A stretch of DNA of 64,000 bases from Macrostomum lignano (Eukaryota). The notes below the pieces were generated by a model. It did not search any database. It was not told the DNA's origin and was given only the letters and a program-made list of their open reading frames with translations. The stretch is taken from NCBI GenBank assembly GCA_002269645.1, contig NIVC01002543.1, positions 1 to 64,000 on the forward strand, in the 5' to 3' direction. This document shows, piece after piece, positions 22,001 through 32,957 of this stretch. Positions within the stretch are counted from its first letter, which is position 1. Each line of letters begins with the position of its first letter. A program made the position numbers and the translations under genes.

Positions 22001-25000
22001 CAAACGTCATGGGCTGCTAAAGTTCATTCGGTGTTCTAAGCATGAGCATGTTTACTTTCTTTGAATAAATACGAAGTTTCTAAATTGCTACAAATTTCGA
22101 TTTGTTCTCTTAAAACATTTCCTGTAGTAACTCTGAATCAGTCCATGAGTGTGTGTACAGGACTATCCTTCTCGCATGGTAGAGACTTCTCAAATCGAAA
22201 TTCCAGGTAACAAATAAAAGCAGTAAATTCGAGTTGGATGTTGATAGACACTGGGGAAACGCAGCCTCTCTGGTCTGTTTGGTAAATCAATCTGGGCTGA
22301 TCCAGACATGGACTCGACATCGGCTACCGAAGGTGCTCTGTGAGTCTCTGATGCCAAGACTTTCCTCACAAGCCTATTTCTGCATTTGAAGATTAAATCA
22401 CGATTGCATTTTCGAATTCAGACAAGGCCGAAGGGCTGGCCATCCGTATTTTGTCAGGAGACCTGGTGAGTGATGAAGAAGCCAGAATCTCAGTGACTGC
22501 ATCTGACTCAGGATACCCAACGGCTCTGCACCAGTGCAGAATCGAGAGCAAGAGCCTCGGAGAAGACAAGGTATGAGGCTGATGCAATTGCTCATTCAGA
22601 GTTCCCAACCAGCATTTCAATGCTACAATTTCGGTTGACCATTCCGCAGACTGCAGAGTCAGACGGCTCAAGTCACTGGAGATTCACGCCTCAGCGAGGG
22701 CACAACGGTGAAAGAATCAGATGCGATGTGGTGCAGAAACTGAGTGGCTCTTTGATATTCAGTCAGACTGTCAACAGCTCTAAGCTGGAGGTTAAATGTG
22801 AGGCTCATGCTTTAATCTGCTGCATGCTGTGATCCCAATCGATGCAGTAGGGCTGCTTGCACTTCAGACAGGGCAATCGTCACGTGGCCCAGCAAAATCG
22901 CTCCGAAAAAGGAAGGAGAGGCTCTGTCATTCGTTGTGCTCGCAGACGGCAACCCAGAGCCCAGCAGTCAGTGCTGGCTGCAGCTGGTATCTGGCTCACA
23001 GGTGAGTCTTTGATTTGGGATGATGCTGGTTTCTGGCTCACAGGTGAGTCTTTGATTTGGGAGTGATGCTGGTTTCTGGCTCACAGGTGAGTCTTTGATT
23101 TGGGAGTGATGCTGGTTTCTGGCGCACAGGTGAGTCTTTGATTTGGGATGATGCTGGTTTCTGGCGCACAGGTGAGTATTTGATTTGGGATGATGCTGCT
23201 TTCTGGCGCACAGGTGAGTATTTGATTTGGGAGTGATGCTGGTTTCTGGCTCACAGGTGAGTCTTTGATTTGGGAGTGATGCTGCTTTCTGGCGCACAGG
23301 TGAGTCTTTGATTTGGGATGATGCTGGTTTCTGGCGCACAGGTGAGTATTTGATTTGGGATGATGCTGCTTTCTGGCGCACAGGTGAGTATTTGATTTGG
23401 GAGTGATGCTGGTTTCTGGCTCACAGGTGAGTCTTTATTTGGGAGTGATGAGTGATGCTGGTTTCTGGCTCACAGGTGAGTCTTTTATTTAGGAGTGATG
23501 CTGGTTTCTGGCGCACAGGTGAGTCTTTGATTTGGGAGTGATGCTGGTTTCTGGCTCACAGGTGAGTCTTTGATTTGGGAGTGATGCTGGTTTCTGGCTC
23601 ACAGGTGAGTCTTTGATTTGGGAGTGATGCTGGTTTCTGCCTCACAGGTGAGTCTTTGATTTGGGAGTGATGCTGGTTTCTGGCTCACAGGTGAGTCTTT
23701 GATTTGGGAGTGATGCTGGTTTCTGCCTCACAGGTGAGTCTTTGATTTGGGAGTGATGCTGGTTTCTGGCTCACAGGTGAGTCTTTGATTTAGGATGATG
23801 TTGCAGTCTTGGTGTTTCATAATAATCGCTATTCTCGTTCCAGGTAGACCTGCATAAGCTGAAGCATTCCATGTTTGAGAGCACCTTCAATGTCACTGTT
23901 GATAGGTCAATGAACCGAGCCAACTTGAGCTGTGTTTTGACTCAACTTGGACTTCCATCTTCAACGAAGCAGAGCTTCACCCAATTGATCACAGTATTTT
24001 GTAAGTTTACAGAATCCATTTTCATAAGGTTCATAAAGAGGTATACAATTTGTAAATGAGTGCGTATCATTTGAGCCAATGGAGACATTTCCTGTCGCTT
24101 AGGAGGCTCTGACTTGAAGCACTTCTTAACTCGTAGACTGAAAAATAATATCGACCCAACCATCCTACAGATCAGCCTCAGCCTCCACTCACCATCGACT
24201 TGGCTCAGACTGTCTACGAAGGCACCGACGTCACCTTCAGGGTGCGGTCGGGCGCTGGAAACCCCAATGTCACCCACAGATGCCACGTGTACAACGGAGA
24301 AATTGTGAGCGCAATATTTGCCCATCCATTCACCTGACTTGCAGCCTTGATTTAGCATAGAGCTGATCATTCCAGGAAGTTCAAAACAGCATGAAAATCG
24401 AATCGGAGTACTTGACAATGGTGAACTATGCACCCAACAGTCATGACACATTTGTGAGCTGCACGGCCGAGCAGATGCACCGCTCTGATGTTGTGTTCAC
24501 CAGCAGCATCAGAAGGAACATCACCGTAAATTGTGAGAAGTCAAATGCCATTTTATTAGCATGCAGCCTGCCATTTACTTGAAAACCGGAGTATCCACTT
24601 TAACTTCAGACTTTGCGCACAACTCCATGGACGTCAGTCCGACAGACGGAGTTCTTGCTGGAGATCGAGTCGAAGTGACACTCAGATCTTATGGTGGCCG
24701 GCCTGCCGTCACTCAGCATGAGTGTTCGCTTGGAGGCTCTGAGCTGACTATGGAAAACGTATGCTTTTTTCATCACCTGAGTGCTTTTGAGTTGACTGTA
24801 AACCTTCTTCAGGCATCTAAAATGATCAATTTGAGAATTTTTCTACAGGTAACAAGGCGTCCCACCGAAGTGAAGTTCACGTTCCGTGCATCGAAAGAGC
24901 ATGACGGCAAGGTGCTCGCCTGCAAATTCGTACAGGATGAGCGACTGATTGAGTGGAAGAGAGAGAAACTCAGCGTCTTCTGTAAGTACAGTTTGAGTTG

Positions 25001-27040
25001 TTTATTGGTGTGAAAGTATGGGGGTATCTTCTACTTTAAAAAGTAACTCGTTAAGCCACACTGATGTAAATGTGCACTGCTTTTTCGCACCTGTAGACAA
25101 AGCGGATTTCGACTCTGAGGTAAGAATCATAAAGAGAAAAGTCAGGTGGAACACGACAGTCCAGTTCAGCATCTCCTACTCTGATGTGGGAAACCCGTCC
25201 GTCAAGCACTTCTGCCGCATCGGCTCTCGGCCACTCACCGATCCTGAGGTGCGAAAATGCTGACCCACATTTTTGTGCCCGCTTTATGTAAGTAACAAGG
25301 TAATTAGAGGTTGTAATGGAAAACATCTGGTCAAAATACATTTCAGTCGGTTTCGGCATCACAAATATTGTCGCGCTGGAAGTTCAAGGCTCAAGTCGGA
25401 GACAACGGTCAGAAGATCGTCTGCCAGGTGGTGCAAAATGATCGACATGGCGGCCGAGTCTTTAACCAAACAGTTGCCAGCCAGACTCTAGATGTGCTGT
25501 GTAAGGATTGTGTTAATGTGCTGTATTCATTTCTTCAATAGAGCTTTGCCTAATTATTCCGATGTACTCAAGCACTTTGATTGTCACAAATGCACTGTTC
25601 ACAATATCATTTTTCTTGATTTCTCCATCTTTTCAGACCCAGTCAGCTACTCAGGATTTCTATCCCAGCCACCGTCGGTGACGGAGGGCGATCCTTTGGT
25701 TATTTCTTTCTTCTCAACAGGAGGAAACCCCGAGCCTCATCACCGATGCTGGCTGCGGACACCTGCAGGTCGGATGGACGCAGTCGCTCCAACAGAGGCG
25801 AGGACAGGTGTGGACCTCTTGACGAACTTCAGTGTGACTTCCGTAAAGCAGATGAATGGAGGATCTGTGGTTTGCCGCGTCTCTCAGATGGGTCTCGAGG
25901 ACCTGGATAATGAGTTCTCCCAGAACATTACTGTTTTCTGTGAGTTCTCTGTCGCGACTTCTCCAACTTTTATATCAATATAAAATCTAATAGAGGCTTG
26001 CAGTGCGTTTGTTTTTTGTTTGCAGTCCGATCGGAGGTGGATCTGACTGGCTCAAGGATTTCAGGATCCGCAGTGCTCGTCAGCGTCAATGTGAAAGATG
26101 GAAACCCGACACCGCTGGTGAACTGCTCGCTGTTCTCGAGCTCTGGAACTCGACTTGTGGGTTCTCAGTGTGCACAGTTGCTCCACTTCCATTTGCATTG
26201 AGTAGCTTTAATGCAGCTGAGCCGGTCTTTTTAGGAGCTGTCCAGGAAGGACTCGACAATGCTAAGAGTCGGACTCCATGAGATGGAAGTCGATCTGTTT
26301 CCAAGAGAGCAGCCTCAGTCAGCCAACGTCACGTGTTCTGTGAAGCAAGACTATGCGGGTTTCAAAAGCAGCAGCCTTGTCTTCTTGGCGCTCAAAGCTG
26401 ACGAGAGTTTTCAAGCTAGCGACCAAGAAAGTGAGCAGTTCTGTGTAGTCCAGCTTTGCTGCATTCGTCTTTCTAAACTCTAAAAATAATCGCATCACTT
26501 TGTCTCATTTTATCTGATCAATCAGAGCATGGGGGCCTCAGCTGGAATCAAATGTTCCAAATTCTCTGTCTGTGCGCAGTGGTTGGTGTCGCCATCGTTC
26601 TGTCCATCTCGCTGCCTGCCACAGTCTACGTCTGGAGGCGAACTGCATCGCCTCGGTTGGGAATTCAGCGGCAGCACGGAGCAGCCACGGACGGGAGACC
26701 AGCTGACGTACCTCTGGTCCCTGTGACTGCTGCTGAGCGAGATCCCAATGTAATATTGCTTTTCAGTATTGCTTGCTCATTTTGCTGTTTAATCTGTGTG
26801 TGAAGCTGACAATCTGCGGGACACTTCAGACCGTCTACTACTATGAGGAGAACCCGGCGCTTCCGGATCGGCCTCCGAGCGTTGAGGAGACGGACGCGAA
26901 TGTGAGTCTACTGTCTGAATCTTTGCCAGATGCTCTCAGTGCATGCTCAGTGCAGGATTCAGTTCCGCTCATTGCAGATGGCGAACTGTTCTGAGGAGGA
27001 GCAGACGGCTCAGGAAGCTTTCGAATTCTACGTGCAGTGA
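19074..27040 (+). CDS. Lectin-like/10xIg membrane receptor copy B (apparently intact)
   Basis: Same signal peptide; lectin-like exons; 10 Ig-like domains flanked by phase-1 introns, most split by a phase-0 intron; TM ILCLCAVVGVAIVLSISLPATVYVW; tail TVYYYEENPALPDRPPSVEETDAN-MANCSEEEQTAQEAFEFYVQ*. No stop found in the exons read by eye. Confidence 0.85.
19720..20250. repeat. 10-bp intronic tandem repeat (AGGTGCAAAT)n, copy B
   Basis: About 50 units with variants; source of the spurious LFAPICTY ORFs. Confidence 0.95.
21058..21155. repeat. 29-bp intronic minisatellite, copy B
   Basis: About 3 units, same intron as in A and C. Confidence 0.85.
22983..23800 (+). repeat. 42/43-bp splice-donor minisatellite, copy B
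   Basis: About 19 units, each containing CAG|GTGAGT. Confidence 0.95.
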
Positions 27041-29080
27041 AAGTGATTTGCAAGTTCGAGTTTCGCTACTCAGACTCTTGGAGAAACCAAAACTGCATAT
27101 ATGAGAGCATTGGCTGACTGAGCTTGCCTATATAGGCTCATTGCATGCTTCCCAGGTTTCTGTGTATAAGACTGGCAATGCTTGTCAGACACTGAGTAGC
27201 GATATCAAAGAAATATTTTTATTTTCTTTTTTGTCTTGCTGGATAATATTTAAAACAATAACTCGATTAACTTGGGAATCAAAGATGCCTTGATTGGATC
27301 AGTGCCGTCAGTGTTGTGTATGAGGGTGACAATGCTCGTCAGGCGCTATGAACGAGGAGCGTTGCAAAGGTTTCCGGACTGTGTTTACTGTGAACGACAT
27401 GAACGCCCACAACTCCTTGTACAGCTGCTCTAATGAATGAAAAAGCTGCAAAATGATTCGAACTTGTGAGCAAATTTTTTTACAATTTATAACAGGTACA
27501 CATGGGCTTTGTTATAACGATTGGGAAATTCAAATTTATCACTGGCTGTCACCGTCTTACTACTGGCGGGGGCTACGACGCCGCGGTTAGGCCGCGAGGC
27601 CCCTTTCGCACGCTATCACCGTCACTGTCGCCATTTTCCTCCCATTGACATGCCAGGATGAAGTGCCGTTGGCTCTCCTTTGATCCATCGTTCGAAGCAT
27701 TTTTGCTCCGTGCATTGCCTCGTTTGAGTGACCGAAAAATCAACAGCTTAAAAGTACAAGTTGCTCTGTGGCTCGCATTCCCTGTGATATTCCATCAGCA
27801 AGTTGTCTGTGGAAAATGTTTTCAAATCGTTTTATAAAAGTCAGGCATGATTTTGCTCAGCATGTAGAATCGCTCACAGTTTTACCAGTCAACAGTGCAG
27901 ATGCGCAAGGAGTTGTGGGTAAAGTTCAGCTCATCTGGACATTGCTGTCGTTCTCGACAATAAACATAGCCCGGAAACTTTTGCAACCTCTCAAAGCGTT
28001 CAGGATATTTGCAGAGATAGCATAGACAATAGTGATCTTTATTTTCGTCTTGCTTACGAATAATGATATTATTCGTACTCTCTGACAACTCTGATTCGCA
28101 TAAATTTTTGTTTTTGGAGAAACGGCCGTCAAGCGTTAATTTGCAATCCTCTGTTCTGCTTTGCCTGGTAGTCGGGATTGAAGCTTTATTTCGGCCTGAC
28201 TCAATGAGAGAATGCCTGCCGCAATGCCTGCCGCATTCTTGAGACTAAAATACGCTCGTAATTGGAAGTCTGGCAGAAAAAATCGAATCGCTTTTATAAG
28301 CCTTGGGTTTCTTTTTGCAGCCATTGGTGAAGATGAATTAATTACCTTGAAATAAGTTTTTTTACAATTCTATGCGTTATCCCAGTGCATATTTTTTACA
28401 TTTTATTCCTGTTTTAAGACTGTCTGACCCACAGCATCAGCTCACTACTTACAATGCTGCCTTTGTTTGCGGTATTGGGTTAATTATTAAATTGCATTAT
28501 ATTGTTAACAGGGCCTGTAACAATTCAGCATGTGATCTACTGACCCAATACTTTATTAGTCACTTAAGAGCTGTACTTCAGTGTTTATCTCTTGCAAAGT
28601 GGATCTTGTGTTTGGCATAGGCATAAACTTATGTTGCAGATGCGAGATTCTGAACCACCTCATATTATATGCTGTAGCCGCTCGAAAACACCGTTCTATC
28701 AGATTATACACTGCCACACCAACGCATTGGCATTGAAGCAGTGTCAGCCTAGTAAACTTCTTAATGTAAGAAATATTTGGAGTAAACTCTATTTTTAAAC
28801 CTTTCTTCGCGGTTCGACTGACTTGAATAGTTGATCATTTCCTTCTGCAGGATTCTCAGTTATGAATTTACTGGTAACTTACCCGTACCAGCTAGCGTAG
28901 CTATTAAATTTTTAAATATAGTAAACATTTCAGCTCGGATTTTCAACGATTATCTTAGAAAGTTGGATTTTGGCCCCTGTGAGCCAACCAGTAGTGCGCC
29001 TCAGTGCGGCTTTGGCTGCATCTCTGACTTCGGTGGCCACTGACCTTCCGAAGGACAGAATTCTTTCTGATGTGTTTGGG

Positions 29081-29084
<4 letters not shown>

Positions 29085-29119
<35 letters not shown>

Positions 29120-29661
29120 TGTGTGTGTGTATGTGTGTGTGTGTGTGTGTGTGTGTTTTAGCCCTCAGGGCGGTCCGGGACCGCTGCTCTGACTGGGGAA
29201 CAGGAAGCCCGGCAGACCAATGACGTCCTTGGGACGAGTCCAGAGGTCTATCGGAGAAAGATTGGTAGGGTACGCAGGGCAGTTGAAGAGATGTTCGACT
29301 GTTTCGTCGGCTGCGTTGCACCTAGCGCAGGTAGGGGCGATGTTAGGATCCAGCTTGGCCTTGTAGGTCGCAAGGAGCGTGCAGTGCCCCGACCGAAGCT
29401 GGGAGAGCGTCGTGTGAAAGGTCCTGCTCAGCAGGCACTCGTAAATGTCGATGGCGGGAGCCGGCTGATTGATGACAATGTTATTGGTGCGGTTGCTGAG
29501 GTAGGTCTGGACGCAGGCGGAATGGATAACCTTGATGAGCTTGGTTGGCGGAAGAGGATCGGCAGAGATGGCGTTAATGACAGGTTGATGATTGATGAGG
29601 AAGCTGGTGGCATGAGAGCGGAGAGAATTGCGGAGCTGACGATGGGCAGCCGGTTCGGTGG
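29085..29661 (-). mobile_element. 5'-truncated non-LTR retrotransposon (LINE, I/Jockey-group-like) 3' end
   Basis: Minus-strand ORF LSQLRSGHC..LATYK..CARCNAADETVEHLFNCP (C-terminal Zn-knuckle), followed by a (CA)n tail at 29085-29156; flanked by TGATGT(G/A)TTTGGGAAGT direct repeats at 29068-29084 and 29662-29678. Confidence 0.8.
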
Positions 29662-30119
29662 TGATGTATTTGGGAAGTCGTGTTTTAGATCGTTGGCTCG
29701 TTACTCGTATATTTGTTGAAATAAAGCAAGAGCTTGTCAATCGTTTCGCGCTTGTTCCGATCTCTCTTGCCGCTCAAACGCAGTTTATTAATTGTGGGCC
29801 TGTAAGCCAAGCATTTACCCATAAACTAATACGTGGCTGCTCTCAGCCACACATCACTTTCCAATTGCTAGTAGGACAAAAAACCAAAGACGGAACTAAA
29901 TGACTAACAAATATCAGATTAGCAGCAGGCAGACAGTAACTCAAGGACTACTTAAGTAGATAGATGCAACACTCGAAATCTATAGCAATTTTTGTCCGAT
30001 ATATATAGATAACTTCAGTCGTCCTTTTTTTAGGAATGCTACTTCGCTTAAGGAATGCAAGAAACAAGAATATAATTGCAAACATTTGCATTCTTTACAA
30101 TTGATATTGTTGACGAATA

Positions 30120-31880
30120 TTATGACGAAAATATTTTATTTATTTTATTCACATGTTTCGCTGTAACTTTCAGCATCGTCAGGTGACAATATTTGTAATA
30201 ATTTGAAGGTAATAAAATGAAAGTACGGGCCAAGAGTTAAAAAACAAGGTTTAAGTAGCCGTAGAATAGTCAAAAAAATTCTAAGAATAGTACTAGCCCC
30301 CTTCCTGTCAGTTGTACATTCAGGGTAGGCTTTAACTGTTTGATGTACAGGGCTTCCAACACATTTGGTTTGTGGTGGTGTTGAATCCGATCAATAATTT
30401 TAAACTTTTGATCATGTTTGATGTCGGCACACGCGTTGCACATTAGCAGATGGTCATGAATCGCGCTAGCCTTCTTCGGGTGTTCCTCGATCCTAGTGTA
30501 CAGGTGTCGATCAGTCTGACCGATGTACGACTGGCTCTGCTCAGCAGGGCAAACAAATTGATAGACGACACCAGCACACCGGGTGGAGGGTACTTTGCTT
30601 TTTAGGCTTGTCACAAAATTGGCCACCTTTTGAGTAGTGAAGATAACATCAATGCGTGTATCGAGACAGTCACGGCAGATATCAGTCAGCCTTTTTTTAA
30701 ACTTAGTACTTGACATTCCGATGTACGGAATACTGATGGTTGGTTTTCTTTCGGTAGAGGTAGAGTAAGTAACATTCTGGGGTCGTACTATAAAGCTGTC
30801 GTAGCGTAAGTTCGATCGTATTCGAATGCGTCGGAACTTTTACACTGCAGAGATGGGTGCTAAGAATGATCTTATCTTACGATGGCTTTATAGAACGGGC
30901 CCTCTGTTCTTTGGTAACTTTCTTATTGATGAAGGCATTAATCTCTGAGTTGATCAAGTAGTTTGGGTACTGTTTTTTTGTCAGGATCTTTTTGATCTTA
31001 GTTAATTCCTGGTGTAGGTTAAACCAGTTGCTGCAAATGTTGTAGGCACGATGCAACATGCCTCGAATCAAACTCAGCTTCCAGCTTTTCGGGCACAGCG
31101 CCTGGAAATTTAGCAGCACTCCAGTAAACGTAGGTTTTCTGTGGACGGTTGTCTCCCAACGATTTGCATTACGGGTCACCATAGTATCGAGGAAACTCAA
31201 ACAGTCATTTCCCGTTTCCGCAGTGAACTTGATGTTCTTATGAGTGTTGTTGAGCATCTTAAGAAAATTGTCACTCGAATTTCGGTCAAAAATCGCAAAA
31301 GTATCGTCAACGTAACGGTAGTACACCGTTGGTTCTGATCTTCATGGGAAGTGTTGGATTGCGAAGGCCAAAGCGTAGTGCGTGTTTCTCAACGATGGTC
31401 CTAGCTTCCGTTTAGATAAATTTGTCACAGCGATCGGAGCATTGTTATGAGCCAAAAGATTGTTTAGCTTCTTTTCATGTCTCTTCTTTATTGCATCGGA
31501 GTTACTTTGCACCGCATGATAGATCAAGTGTTTGACGGTAGTGAATTTGATGAAACTAATAGTTTCTTTCAATACACTTTCAATTGAAGACACTTGAAGA
31601 CGGGTTTTGTGGAGCCGCTGGTCATTGATTCGGATTTGCTTCTTAGTTAAAAACTGGTTCACCTCCGTTGGGTCATTGAATAGAGGTATTCTTGGTAGTT
31701 AGTAACTAAGTAACTCCGATGCAATAAAGAAGAGACATGAAAAGAAGCTAAACAATATTTTGGCTCATAACAATGCTCCGATCGCTGGGACAAACTTATC
31801 TAACCGGAAGCTAACCATCGTTGAGAAACACGCACTACGCTTTGGCCTTCGCAATCCAGCACTTCCCATAAAGAACTGAA
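30120..31880 (-). mobile_element. Penelope-like retroelement, internally deleted and rearranged
   Basis: GIY-YIG endonuclease ORF 30270-30716 (VVYQFVC..YIGQTDRHLYTRIEEH..EALYIKQLKPTLN); RT C-terminal part 30877-31338 (YVDDTF..FLD..HRKPT); N-terminal PLE segment 31342-31662; RT motifs before YVDD are missing; inverted duplicate at ~31710-31875. Confidence 0.9.
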
Positions 31881-32957
31881 CCAACAGGATCCAAACTGAA
31901 GTGGAATGGATGGTAAGCAAATGTTATTCTGAGAAGCATTTAGATGAAAATGTTCAACTTGAGCCCAGAACTAAGCATAGGATTATTGCGGCTACCGAAA
32001 ACTTTTTGACCTGGCCTGCAAATATGTTTACAGCAATGCCAATTCTGAGAAGCCACCGATGGTGCAGCTGTTTGCGAAAACCTTCAACACACACAATCAA
32101 AAAAGATAAAACGGCCCGATTGGGGGCCACCACACGCAAAATTACTCAGACGAGATAGGAAAAAGAAGAATTATTGTCATTTTTGATGCATAAATCTGAC
32201 AAGTTCTTTCAGACTGCTCAATGTCGGAGTAGTTCTATTAGAAGTAACAAATTATGAGTTTGCTTGTAGATTCTCAATGAGGTGCAGAGTTTGATATTCG
32301 TCCAAGTTGAATTTTGAGTTGCATAAATAGAAAATCATTGGCCCGCACAGACGCTCCCATGTTCTGCGAGCCTCATCAAGCAACAGGCCTCACCCAAGGC
32401 ACCCCAGCCAGCAGAACCATATGCGATGACTTCATCATTTACGAGAGAGTCTGACCCCGAGCCGCTTTATAGATTCTGTGGACTCGATATGGCAGCAATT
32501 TCTGATAATGATCTACACAAAAATAATAAAGTAACGAATATTCATATAGCAACCATCACAGTGAGCTATTTAAAAGCATATATTATGAACTTACTAATCG
32601 CGCAGCACACTCAAATCTCATCTCGAAATTTTAGAAACTTCATTCATGCGATGCATTTAGAAATCACACTCTGTAGCTCTATATAGTACTCATAGTAGCT
32701 ATTTACCCTAATTTGTTGGTCTTTTTGTTAGTCTTTTAAAACCTTACATAAATTGCACTTGTGTTCCACCAATGAAAATGAGATTAGCGGTATCAAGACG
32801 TTAATCTGAACCGAATACGTGCAGTTTTACCCGGGAGAGAAATTTCGCAACCGAGCCAGCAGTTTTCACTCCAAAGCACTGCTGCTGCTACTGCTGCTGC
32901 TGCTGCTGTTTCAGTTGCCAAGGAAACACTGAAGGCTGCTCTTCTTCATCAGCTGTC

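Noticed and set aside
27210-28170. ~950-bp segment after copy B absent after copy A, as a possible gene or transposon
   Set aside because: Only short ORFs with no recognisable motif, and no TIR or TSD found by eye.
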